A DNA stretch of 33,663 nt from a bacterium (GTDB taxonomy: Bacteria > Zhuqueibacterota > Zhuqueibacteria > Zhuqueibacterales > Zhuqueibacteraceae). Both the position numbers and the translations under genes were made by a program. The notes beneath the pieces are model-generated. The model saw only the letters and a list, made by a program, of their open reading frames with translations. It was not told where the DNA came from and did not search any database. The DNA lies in assembly GCA_044869275.1 (NCBI GenBank), contig JBIOXB010000161.1, forward strand, positions 1 through 33,663, given 5' to 3'. Numbering within the stretch: the first letter of the stretch is position 1; every line of letters begins with the position of its first letter. Of the stretch, positions 1 to 8,455 are shown piece after piece.

Positions 1-78
1 GTCGCCGCCGGCGTGCCCGCGAAAGTGATCAAAGACCGCCGGGAGCTTGCCCATGAGGGTGCGGTGGTTACGGCTTGA
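1..78 (+). CDS. 3' end of a hexapeptide-repeat (LbH) acyl/acetyltransferase (truncated by window start)
   Basis: Frame +1 reads VAAGVPAKVIKDRRELAHEGAVVTA*. GVPAKVIK is the typical C-terminal motif of LbH sugar O-acetyltransferases. TGA at 76-78. Confidence 0.8.
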   Translation, partial: VAAGVPAKVIKDRRELAHEGAVVTA

Positions 79-96
79 ATTGGTTTTCCACACTTG

Positions 97-146
97 TTAC
101 GCATTCCGGATTACGCCTCACGTGAAGCGCAATACCTAATGCGTAA
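97..146. repeat. 50-bp imperfect palindrome built from ~7-bp tandem units (TTACGCA-like)
   Basis: TTACGCATT (97-105) / AATGCGTAA (138-146) around central TCACGTGA (118-125); 20 of 25 mirrored positions are complementary by hand count. Confidence 0.8.
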
Positions 147-174
147 TATGTAAAATGATCTAGCAGGTATTGTT

Positions 175-1350
175 TTGATCAGCGTTCTCCACATCATCGA
201 TAAGCTTTCGATGGACGGCGTCAATCCCAGCAGCTGCGCGCAGCTATTTGTGGAGTGGTTTGCCACGCATAACGCGCGGCGCTTCAAGATCATGGTCGCC
301 AGTTTGCGCGCCAAGGACGCAGCAGGAGAATATTTGCAGCAGCATGGTCTCGAGGTCTTCTTTATCGACAAGGGCAAGCTCTCCTTTGCGAACGTGAATG
401 CGATTGCAGCGGCGGTCGATGCGCTCGGCGTGGACGTGTTGCATCTGCATGGCTATAGCTCGGCGAATTTTGGACGCCTCGCCGCTCGGCGCAAAGGCAT
501 TCCGGCGGTGATGCACGAGCACGCGATCTTAAAAACATTGCCGCACCAATACCTCGCCGATTGGCTGTTGCGCGGCAAAACCGATGTTGCCGTCGCGGTT
601 TCCAATGCGGTGGCGGCTTTTTTGCACCAGGGCCGCAGTGTGCCGCGCGAAAAAATTCAAGTCATATGGAATGGCATCAATCTGGATGCTTTTCGCCAGC
701 CCGACCGCCGCACCAGCCAGGAATTTCGTGCGCGTTTTGCAGAGGGCAAGGAGAAATTGATTGGCACCGTCACGCGCTTGCGCGAAGAGAAGGGCAATCG
801 CTACTTCATTCAAGCTGCTCATGCAATTTTGCAGGATTGCCCCCATGCCCGCTTTGTGCTGGTGGGTGATGGCCCGGAACGCGCGAGGCTGGAAAAACTG
901 GCCGCGCAGCTCGGCATTCGCGATCGACTGCATTTCGCCGGCTTTGTCCAAGATGTGGCTGCGGTGCTGTCGGCCTGCGATTTTGTCGTGATTCCTTCTT
1001 TGCGCGAAGGTTTTGGACTGGCGCTGGCGGAGGCGATGGCCGCGGGCAAGCCCGTTGTGGCCACACGAGTGGGTGGCATGGTCGAAATGGCCGAGCACGG
1101 CAAAAATGCGCTGTTGGTTCCGCCGGCAGATGGTGCTGCCCTGGCGCAGGCAGTTCTGCAGTTGATGGAGAATCCTGTGCAAGCGGAGCGCTTGCGCAAT
1201 GCCGCCCGGCAGCAGGCCGAGAATTTTAGTGTTGAAAAAAACGTCGAAGCGCTCGAAGGGTTGTACGAACGGCTGGCGCACGGAAAGCATAGCCATGGCT
1301 GTGCGGCCAGAAGATCGGATGCGCAAAGCGAATTGATGAGCCGCTGGTGA
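175..1350 (+). CDS. GT4 family glycosyltransferase
   Basis: GT-B motifs: NGINL, RLREEKG, VGDGPER, PSLREGFGLALAEAMAAGKPVVATRVGG. TTG start (uncertain). Confidence 0.93.
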   Translation: MISVLHIIDKLSMDGVNPSSCAQLFVEWFATHNARRFKIMVASLRAKDAAGEYLQQHGLEVFFIDKGKLSFANVNAIAAAVDALGVDVLHLHGYSSANFGRLAARRKGIPAVMHEHAILKTLPHQYLADWLLRGKTDVAVAVSNAVAAFLHQGRSVPREKIQVIWNGINLDAFRQPDRRTSQEFRARFAEGKEKLIGTVTRLREEKGNRYFIQAAHAILQDCPHARFVLVGDGPERARLEKLAAQLGIRDRLHFAGFVQDVAAVLSACDFVVIPSLREGFGLALAEAMAAGKPVVATRVGGMVEMAEHGKNALLVPPADGAALAQAVLQLMENPVQAERLRNAARQQAENFSVEKNVEALEGLYERLAHGKHSHGCAARRSDAQSELMSRW

Positions 1351-2585
1351 TGATGCTGGCAAAGCTGACGAACAAGCTGCGGTGGAGTTATCGCAAAAAT
1401 GCGCCGGATGTTTTTGCCCTTTTGGCGCGTAATTATCCGCGTTTCGTGACCGCCAAAAATCCGGGGAAATTGCACGCTGAAATTCCCGTGTTCACGTTTC
1501 ACACGGTGGAGCCCGTTTCCTTCGAGGAGAAGCTGAAGTTTCTGGCGCAAAACGGCTATCAGACTTTGGACGGTGAGGAGTTTCGCGCGGCAATTTCCGG
1601 CGAGAGCGCGGTTCCGCCGGGCAGCGTTCTGCTGACGTTCGATGATGGCCGCGCCTCGTTATACAGCGTCGCCTTCCCCTTGCTGCGGAAGTACGGCGCG
1701 CGCGCGGTGGCCTTCATCATTCCCGGCTTGATTCCAGAAACGGCCCCGGCTGCGCCGGCCTACGACGAGTATATTGCCGGTGGCGTCACGGCAGAAGATT
1801 TGTTGGAGCGCGAACGCGGCGAAGATCCGTTGTGTTCGTGGGAAGAAATTGGAGAGATGCACGACAGCGGCCTGATCGACTTTCAATCTCACACGATGTT
1901 TCATCATCAAGTGTGCGTGTCGCACGAGCTGGTCGATTTCATGCATCCGCATGATCCGGCGGCTTTTTTCGGCCGCCTCACCGCCTTGAGATATCGCGAG
2001 AATGGTGATTGGAGTTATGGCGGCGGATTGGCGTGGGGCACGCCCATCTACCGCGCCGAGCCGCGCATGGCCGGGCAGCTGGCCTTTTTTGATGACGAGA
2101 GGGTGCGTCACGCCTGCGCCGATTTCGTCCGGCGTGAAGGCGGAAAGAATTTCTTCACCAGCCCGGATTGGCGCAGGAACTTGCTGGCGGTTTATCGTGA
2201 GCACCAGAAAAAATATAACCGCACCAGCAGGGAGCAGCCCTGCGATCAGCACCAGGCGATTCTGGAAGATCTGGCGCTTTCGAAAAGCATGATCGAAGAA
2301 AGGCTCCCAGGCAAGAAGGTTGATCAGTTTTGTTATCCCTGGTTCATGGGCTGCCCGCTGGTCGTGCGCCTGTCAAAAGAAGCCGGCTACGCGGTGAATC
2401 ATTGGGGCATCGTGGCCGGCCGGCCGACGAATCGCCGCGGGCAAAGCTTGTTTTACGTGCCGCGTGTGGAGGAGCATTACCTTTTCCGATTGCCGGGAGA
2501 AGGCCGGCGCAGCTTGCGCGAAGTTTTGAGGACGAAACTCAAAAGTAACCTGCCGGGCTTTGCCGCGCAGCTCATGGGAAATTAA
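1347..2585 (+). CDS. polysaccharide deacetylase (CE4/NodB, PgaB/IcaB-like) with large internal insertion
   Basis: FTFH, TFDDG, DFQSHTMFH (metal His pair) and FCYPW motifs; GTGA overlap with upstream stop. Confidence 0.88.
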   Translation: MMMLAKLTNKLRWSYRKNAPDVFALLARNYPRFVTAKNPGKLHAEIPVFTFHTVEPVSFEEKLKFLAQNGYQTLDGEEFRAAISGESAVPPGSVLLTFDDGRASLYSVAFPLLRKYGARAVAFIIPGLIPETAPAAPAYDEYIAGGVTAEDLLERERGEDPLCSWEEIGEMHDSGLIDFQSHTMFHHQVCVSHELVDFMHPHDPAAFFGRLTALRYRENGDWSYGGGLAWGTPIYRAEPRMAGQLAFFDDERVRHACADFVRREGGKNFFTSPDWRRNLLAVYREHQKKYNRTSREQPCDQHQAILEDLALSKSMIEERLPGKKVDQFCYPWFMGCPLVVRLSKEAGYAVNHWGIVAGRPTNRRGQSLFYVPRVEEHYLFRLPGEGRRSLREVLRTKLKSNLPGFAAQLMGN

Positions 2586-2685
2586 AAAGCGGCGCTTTCG
2601 ACTCGGGGTGAACCACGATCCGTCATTTGGCTTTGTATGACCGGTCGAGAAGAAATGAATGGTACATGGTGTTGCAGGATGAAAG

Positions 2686-4608
2686 ATGATTATTGGCATT
2701 ACCGGACATAACACGTCGGAGCACAAGCCGGCGGGCGCAAACATTGAAAATTTGCCTGCGTTGTTTGGCGAACCAGAAAACGACGGTGTGGCGCGCTTCG
2801 CCGCCTCCTCGCCTGATGCTTTGGTGATGATGCAGCCCAACTGGGTGCCCACGCTGGACGCCAATCTCGCCGTTTATCAGTGCCCACAAACCGGCGGCTT
2901 TGCCGCGTTTCATGGCAATCTTTTCAATCGGCAAGAATTGCTGGCACAATACCGCGCTGCGGCGCACTTGCATGCCCAATCCAACGCTGCGGAAGTGGCG
3001 CTGCGTTTGTTGCTGGAGCACGGCGAGGGCGCGTTTGCCTCGCTCAACGGCAATTTCGCGCTGGCGATTTGGGACGGAACGCTGCAGCGTTTTTTTCTGG
3101 TGCGCGACCATCTCGGGGTCGAATCCATTTTCTATTGCCGCAAGCAGGGCGTGCTTTATTTTGCAGACAACCTGCCGCGGCTCACTCGAGTTCCTGCCGT
3201 CGGGCGGCGGCTGAACTGCAACGTCATGCAGCGCTATTTGCTGTTCAATTATAATCCCGGGTATGATGCTTTTTTCGAAGATACACATGCTTTGCGTCCG
3301 GGGTCCTTCTTGAAAATTGAGCGCGGGCGCATGAGCATCGAGCAGTATTGGCGGCCCTCCTTTGCGGAAACTTTCAGCAAAGATGACGCAACATACAAAA
3401 CCGAATTGCTGGAATTGATGCGCGACGCCGTGCGCCTGCGCCTGGGGCCGGAAGGTTTTCGTCCGGGTGCGTTTCTCAGCGGCGGCATGGATTCCAGCTC
3501 GGTCGTGCATTTCATGCACGGCGCGCTGCAAAAGCCGATCGGCACATTTTCCTTCCGTTGCCGCGGCAAAAGCTTTGACGAATCGCATTACGCGCGCATT
3601 ATGTCCGAGCGCTATCAAACGCAGCATCATCAAGTCGAATACACGCCTGAAGACGCCGCGGCGTGCATTGTGCAAATCGCACAAGCCGTGCAGGAGCCGT
3701 TTTCCGACATCGGCATTGAAGTGGCTTCTTGGCTGCTCGGCAATCACGTCCGTGAGCATGCCGACTACGTGCTGACCGGCGATGGCGGCGACGAGCTCTT
3801 CGGCGGCCATCCGGTTTATCTTGCCGATCGTGCCGCCGAGACCTTCGACAGAATTCCCGGCTTCATTCGCCGGCCGTTGACCAAAACGCTGCAATTCCTG
3901 CCGGATACCGACGCCAAGAAGAGCCTCGCGGTCAAAGCCAAGCGGTTTTCCTACAGCGCAAATTTTCCGGCAAGCTTGTGCAGCAACCGCTGGCGCATCT
4001 ATTACACCGACGCAGAAATGCGCCGGCTGCTGCATCCCGATTTGGTCGCGCACCTGAACGGTTACGATCCCTTCCACGAGCTGCATGAAATCTATCAAGA
4101 GGCGGACGGTCCTGATGCCTTGAGCCGCACGCTGTACGGCGACTACTATTCCGTCGTGGGATTTTATCTGCGCCGCATGGAATTGATCCGCAATTTCGGC
4201 GTCGAGGGCCGTTTGCCGCTTTTGGATTATCGCCTGGTCGATTACACCGCGCGCATTCCCAGCGCCCTCAAGATCGGCAGGCGCGGCGAAACCAAGGTGA
4301 TTTTGCATCAAGTCATGACCGGCGAATTGCCGGATGAAATCGTGTTTCGCAAGGATAAGCTCGGCCACAGCGTACCCATGAAAAACTGGATGCGCGAATC
4401 CGCCACGATTCAAAATCTGCTGCGCGAATATCTTTCCTCGCCGCAAATGCGCCAGCGCGGATTTTTCAATATGGACTTGATCGAACGGATGCTGGCGGAG
4501 CATCAACGCAAAGCGCACAATCATTCGCATCGCCTGTGGTCGCTGCTGATGTTTGAGCTGTGGTGCCGCGCGCACCTGGATCACCAACCGCAAACGGTGG
4601 CGGCGTGA
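2686..4608 (+). CDS. asparagine synthetase B-like ATP-dependent amide ligase lacking the N-terminal catalytic Cys
   Basis: LNGNFALAIWD, RDHLG, FLSGGMDSS (PP-loop), LTGDGGDELFGG and EGRLPLLD motifs. N-terminus is MIIGITG, not MCGI; in-frame TGA at 2680 excludes an upstream start. Confidence 0.9.
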   Translation: MIIGITGHNTSEHKPAGANIENLPALFGEPENDGVARFAASSPDALVMMQPNWVPTLDANLAVYQCPQTGGFAAFHGNLFNRQELLAQYRAAAHLHAQSNAAEVALRLLLEHGEGAFASLNGNFALAIWDGTLQRFFLVRDHLGVESIFYCRKQGVLYFADNLPRLTRVPAVGRRLNCNVMQRYLLFNYNPGYDAFFEDTHALRPGSFLKIERGRMSIEQYWRPSFAETFSKDDATYKTELLELMRDAVRLRLGPEGFRPGAFLSGGMDSSSVVHFMHGALQKPIGTFSFRCRGKSFDESHYARIMSERYQTQHHQVEYTPEDAAACIVQIAQAVQEPFSDIGIEVASWLLGNHVREHADYVLTGDGGDELFGGHPVYLADRAAETFDRIPGFIRRPLTKTLQFLPDTDAKKSLAVKAKRFSYSANFPASLCSNRWRIYYTDAEMRRLLHPDLVAHLNGYDPFHELHEIYQEADGPDALSRTLYGDYYSVVGFYLRRMELIRNFGVEGRLPLLDYRLVDYTARIPSALKIGRRGETKVILHQVMTGELPDEIVFRKDKLGHSVPMKNWMRESATIQNLLREYLSSPQMRQRGFFNMDLIERMLAEHQRKAHNHSHRLWSLLMFELWCRAHLDHQPQTVAA

Positions 4609-5570
4609 AGCTTGGGCTCAAAGCGTTGTTCAGCCTCGCGGTGCTGGCCCTGCTGCTCTGGCAAGTTGACTTTCGGCAAATCGCCGCGGTGTTCGCGGCC
4701 ACGCGTGTGGAGTTGTCTTTCGCCGCGTTCTCGCTCTTTCTCATGCAACAAGTGATTGTCGCGTACGCCTGGCACATGCTGCTGCCGGCCGAGGGCCGTC
4801 GCGTGCCATTTGCCAGGACGGTTGAAGTGCATGCCATCGGCAGTTTCTTCGGAACGTTTTTGCCTTCGAGCGTGGGCATGGACGTGATTCGCGCCTATCG
4901 CCTGGGCCGCTATCTCGAGCGCGGCATCGATTCTGCCAGCGCCATGTTCGTCACGCGGGTGGTTGGCTTTCTCGTGAATTTTGTGCTCGCGCTGATCGTC
5001 GCCATACCCGTGAGCTATCGCTTGCGCCAGGCGGCCATCTTTGGCGCCGTGCTGGCATCAACGCTCATGTTCACGGCTGGCGTGGTATTGGTCTTGCATC
5101 ACCGCGCCCTGGCGCTGGTCAAAAATCTATTGTCGCGCTTCGGTTGGTCGAGCCTCGCGGAAAAAATCGGCGGCTTTCGCGAAGGCATCGTGTCCCTCAG
5201 TCGTGGCAGCGGCCGTATGCGGCGGTTAATCACAGTTTCATTTGCCTATCAAAGTATCGGCATTGTGATCGTTTATATGCTCGGCCGCGCATTGGGAATT
5301 GATCTGGGATGGTGGCATTACTTCATCTACGTCCCGTTGATCACGGCCATCACCGCGTTGCCCATTTCATTGGCCGGTATCGGCATTCGTGAAGGTGCGT
5401 TCGTGTTCTTCTTTGCGCAGGCGGGCGTGGCGCAAGCGCAGGCGCTATCGCTTTCGCTGTTGCTCTTTGCTCAGACTTTAGTACTGGCATTGTTGGGCGG
5501 TGTGTGGTATTTTCTGGCTCGTGAATCTTCGGCGCCGGAAAAGGCGCCAGCGCCGGAGAAGGCACTATAA
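4605..5570 (+). CDS. UPF0104 / lysylphosphatidylglycerol-synthase-TM family flippase-like membrane protein
   Basis: Polytopic hydrophobic protein with FFGTFLPSSVGMDVIR and LPISLAGIGIRE motifs. Start placed at GTG 4605 (GTGA overlap) rather than 4560. Confidence 0.88.
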   Translation: MKLGLKALFSLAVLALLLWQVDFRQIAAVFAATRVELSFAAFSLFLMQQVIVAYAWHMLLPAEGRRVPFARTVEVHAIGSFFGTFLPSSVGMDVIRAYRLGRYLERGIDSASAMFVTRVVGFLVNFVLALIVAIPVSYRLRQAAIFGAVLASTLMFTAGVVLVLHHRALALVKNLLSRFGWSSLAEKIGGFREGIVSLSRGSGRMRRLITVSFAYQSIGIVIVYMLGRALGIDLGWWHYFIYVPLITAITALPISLAGIGIREGAFVFFFAQAGVAQAQALSLSLLLFAQTLVLALLGGVWYFLARESSAPEKAPAPEKAL

Positions 5571-5586
5571 AATGTGAGGAGAGAAC

Positions 5587-6405
5587 ATGATGCCAGAACA
5601 TGCCAGGCTCGCCATTCTCGGCGCGGGCAAAATGGGCGAGACGCTCGCCAGCGCCTTGATTGAAGCAAAGATCTTGCGCCCCGAGCAAATTCTCGTCACC
5701 GCGCGCCATCCGCAGCGCGCGCAGGAATTGGCGCAACGCTTCGGCGTGGCCGCCGTTGCCTCAAACGCGGAAGCCGCGCGGGAAGCAGACATCATTCTGC
5801 TGTGCGTGAAGCCGCAAGCCTCGCGCGAAGTCCTGGACGAGATCAATCCCGTCTTGCGCCTCGAGCATCTCTTGATTTCGATTCTCGCTTCGGCCACGAC
5901 GCGGTTTATCGAAAACCTGTTGCAGGCAAAAGTGGCAGTGGTGCGCGCCATGCCCAATACCCCCAGCCTGTTGCGCGCGGGAATGACGGTATTGTGTGCG
6001 GGCCAGCATGCGGAGCGCAAACATCTGGAGCAGGCACAGCGCATTTTCGACGCCGTCGGCCGCACCATGATCATGGAGGAGAAATACATGGATGCGGTCA
6101 CTGCGCTGAGCGCCAGCGGCCCGGCGTACATCTACGTCGTGCTCGAATCTCTCGCCGAAGGCGGTGTGAAAGTCGGCCTGCCACGAAACGTCGCCACCGA
6201 ATTGGCGGCGCAAATGTGTTTGGGCGCGGCCAAAATGGTTTTGGAAACCAAGGAACATCCGGCGCTGCTCAAAGATGCCGTCACCACGCCGGCGGGCTGC
6301 ACCATTGACGGCTTGCTAAGATTGGAAGAAGGTGGGTTGCGGGTCACGCTCATCAAGGCGGTGGTCGAAGCCACGCAGCGCGCCAAGCAGTTGATTGAGA
6401 ATTAA
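5587..6405 (+). CDS. proC: pyrroline-5-carboxylate reductase
   Basis: GAGKMG Rossmann motif, LCVKPQ, VRAMPNTP, TALSASGPAY and VTTPAGCT; GAGGAG RBS upstream. Confidence 0.95.
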   Translation: MMPEHARLAILGAGKMGETLASALIEAKILRPEQILVTARHPQRAQELAQRFGVAAVASNAEAAREADIILLCVKPQASREVLDEINPVLRLEHLLISILASATTRFIENLLQAKVAVVRAMPNTPSLLRAGMTVLCAGQHAERKHLEQAQRIFDAVGRTMIMEEKYMDAVTALSASGPAYIYVVLESLAEGGVKVGLPRNVATELAAQMCLGAAKMVLETKEHPALLKDAVTTPAGCTIDGLLRLEEGGLRVTLIKAVVEATQRAKQLIEN

Positions 6406-6443
6406 AGTGTATTCTGTCATAGACCGGTATTGTCAAGCTCAAA

Positions 6444-7586
6444 ATGCCTTTTCGAATTATCAACGACACGCAGGAATTTCAGAACCTGCAAAACACCTGG
6501 GACGAGCTGTATCGCGGCAACGCCAACCACACGCCCTATCAATCGTGGGAATGGAATTTTTCGTGGTGGCAACATTTCGGCGGTAAGGAAGCGTTGCGTT
6601 TGATCGTGATTGAAGAACAAGGGCGCGTGCTCGGCATCGCGCCTTTGGTGCGGCGGAAGACCTTTTTGGGCTGGCCGCTGGCGCATCTCGGTTTCATCGG
6701 CCAGAAGCGCACGGACTACCTGGATTTCATCGTGCTCGCCGGCGCCGAGGCGGTTTTCTTTCGCGAGCTGCGCGAAGCTTTGAAAAGCATGCAGCAGGAA
6801 TGGGAGTTCGTGGAGCTGAAAGACGTGCCGGAAGATTCGGCGAATTGGACGCCTCTTTTTCGCGAAATCAGCGAAGCCTTTCCGGTGTTCGAGCTGGACT
6901 TGCAGCGCGTGTGCGTCACCGTTCCATTAACGCACGATTGGGAGAGTTTCTTGCAAACGCTCGGCAAACGCACCCGTAAAGATGTCGGCTACGACCGGCG
7001 TTACCTCGAAAAAAACTTTGCCACGGAGTATAAGATTTTCACCAATTCGTCCGCCGTGTTCGAGGGTTTTCGTGATCTCGCGCAAATCTATCAAGCGCGC
7101 TGGGTGGAAGAAAAGGGCGCGAGCCGGCTGGCCGAAAGCAACGTCGCGCAATTCGAAAATGAGATTTGCGAGAAATTTTCCCGGCGCGGCGATTTTCGAT
7201 TGTATTTGATGTACGCGAACGGCAAGCCCGCCGCCGGACTTTCCGGCTACGTGAAGAATAACAAGCTCTATGGCGACATCTACGCGCACGTGCCCGAGCT
7301 GCACAAGTTCAGTGTTGGCAACGTGCTGCTCGGCCGCGCGATCGAGGATTGCATCAGTCTCGGCTTAAAGGAACTTGATCTGTCGCGCGGAGAAGAAGCA
7401 TACAAGTTTCGCTGGAATGGCCAGCCCAAGCGCAATCGGCATCTCAAAATCTTCCGCAACCGCCTCGCCGCGGCAAAAGCCGCCTTCGCGGAAGGAATCT
7501 ACGAGAAAGCCTCACACAGCGGGTTTCTCAACAAAATGCTGGCCAGCTACCGGCGTTGGCGGTACGGCGGTAAAAAGACGGATTGA
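6444..7586 (+). CDS. GNAT-fold acyltransferase, CelD/BcsL (Acetyltransf_6; FemAB-related fold)
   Basis: TPYQSWEW..WW.HF, GIAPL, TDYLDF, FSVG.VLL and DLSRGEEAYKFRW signatures. Confidence 0.88.
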   Translation: MPFRIINDTQEFQNLQNTWDELYRGNANHTPYQSWEWNFSWWQHFGGKEALRLIVIEEQGRVLGIAPLVRRKTFLGWPLAHLGFIGQKRTDYLDFIVLAGAEAVFFRELREALKSMQQEWEFVELKDVPEDSANWTPLFREISEAFPVFELDLQRVCVTVPLTHDWESFLQTLGKRTRKDVGYDRRYLEKNFATEYKIFTNSSAVFEGFRDLAQIYQARWVEEKGASRLAESNVAQFENEICEKFSRRGDFRLYLMYANGKPAAGLSGYVKNNKLYGDIYAHVPELHKFSVGNVLLGRAIEDCISLGLKELDLSRGEEAYKFRWNGQPKRNRHLKIFRNRLAAAKAAFAEGIYEKASHSGFLNKMLASYRRWRYGGKKTD

Positions 7587-7708
7587 TGGATTGATGGATA
7601 GTTGGATTGTTGGATTGGATGCAATTCTCCAAATACTCCAACAATCCAGTGATCCAACAATCCAGTGATTCGGCAATCCAGTGATCCAGCAATGCAATGA
7701 TCCAAATT
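7580..7708. repeat. two head-to-head arrays of 8-bp tandem repeats forming a large inverted repeat
   Basis: Left: GGATTGAT x2, GGATAGTT, GGATTGTT, GGATTGGA (7580-7619). Right: nine TCCA(A/G)-type units alternating TCCAACAA/TCCAGTGA (7637-7708). Perfect 12-bp IR at 7603-7614 / 7637-7648. Confidence 0.92.
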
Positions 7709-7726
7709 AAGGAAAGGTGTTTTTCA

Positions 7727-8455
7727 ATGCCTCTGCCCTTTGCACATTCTTTGATGGGTTACACCATCGGTGAAAGCTCGCGCCATCGCCTGTCGCGCAA
7801 TTTCTGGACGAATGCATTCATCTTCATGGTGCTGGCGAATTTGCCCGATGCTGATTTCCTGCCCGGTTTCCTCATGGGCAATCCGAATATGTATCATCAT
7901 CACCAGGCGCACAGCCTGGGTTTTGCAGCGCTGATGGGAATCCTGGGCGGTGCGATCATGTGGCTGGTGCAACGGCGCTTTTGGCCTTATTTCGGACTGG
8001 TTTTTGCCGCCGTCGGCTCGCATCTTGTACTCGATTTGCTGACACAGGATTTTTCCGAGCCGCACGGCATGATGCTGCTCTGGCCGCTCACCTCGGAGTA
8101 TTACGATTTGCCGTGGAAGACTTTTTTGGCGGTGCATAAGTCCGATCGTTCGGCGGACTTTTTGGGGTCCGTCTTGCATTGGAACAATTTCCGCGTTGTG
8201 GTGGTGGAGCTGGCCATTATGCTGCCCTTTGCCGCGCTCGCGACCTTGAGAAGATTTTGGATCATGCGCGCGCAGACGCCGACGAAAGCCGGCAGACGCC
8301 GCGCTTCGGCGCAACACATTGAAAGCACGCTGGATTGGAAAGCACGGCGCAAAACTGAGCGGCTGGCAGAAATGGAGTCCGCAGCGGGAGCGCGGGCATG
8401 GCATGAGGAGCAGCTTGATTTGAATCAACCGGGCTATCGCAATGGCAAAGGCTGA
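7727..8455 (+). CDS. YdjM/DUF457-like membrane-bound metal-dependent hydrolase
   Basis: MPLP.AHS, LPDAD, HHHQAHS, SHLVLD and G..LLWP motifs. ATG 7727 follows AAGGAAAGG; the 7697 start lies inside the repeat. Confidence 0.85.
   Translation: MPLPFAHSLMGYTIGESSRHRLSRNFWTNAFIFMVLANLPDADFLPGFLMGNPNMYHHHQAHSLGFAALMGILGGAIMWLVQRRFWPYFGLVFAAVGSHLVLDLLTQDFSEPHGMMLLWPLTSEYYDLPWKTFLAVHKSDRSADFLGSVLHWNNFRVVVVELAIMLPFAALATLRRFWIMRAQTPTKAGRRRASAQHIESTLDWKARRKTERLAEMESAAGARAWHEEQLDLNQPGYRNGKG

Noticed and set aside
2655..2711. 18-aa ORF MNGTWCCRMKDDYWHYRT overlapping the AsnB-like start
   Set aside because: Too short, no supporting feature, and it does not restore an MCGI N-terminus by a simple frameshift.
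2623..4593. 656-aa minus-strand ORF (also 14263-15498, 26062-27102, 8628-9515 and others)
   Set aside because: Antisense shadows of well-supported + strand genes; no recognisable motifs; expected with this GC content and codon bias.
2686..4608. Lasso-peptide cyclase interpretation of the Cys-less AsnB
   Set aside because: No B1/B2 (PqqD-like, transglutaminase-like) genes or convincing precursor peptide nearby; the context is entirely glycan biosynthesis.
7580..7708. Possible CRISPR array, or the small ORFs 7375-7668 and 7512-7697
   Set aside because: Units are 8 bp with no unique spacers and no cas genes; the ORFs are just translations of the repeat.
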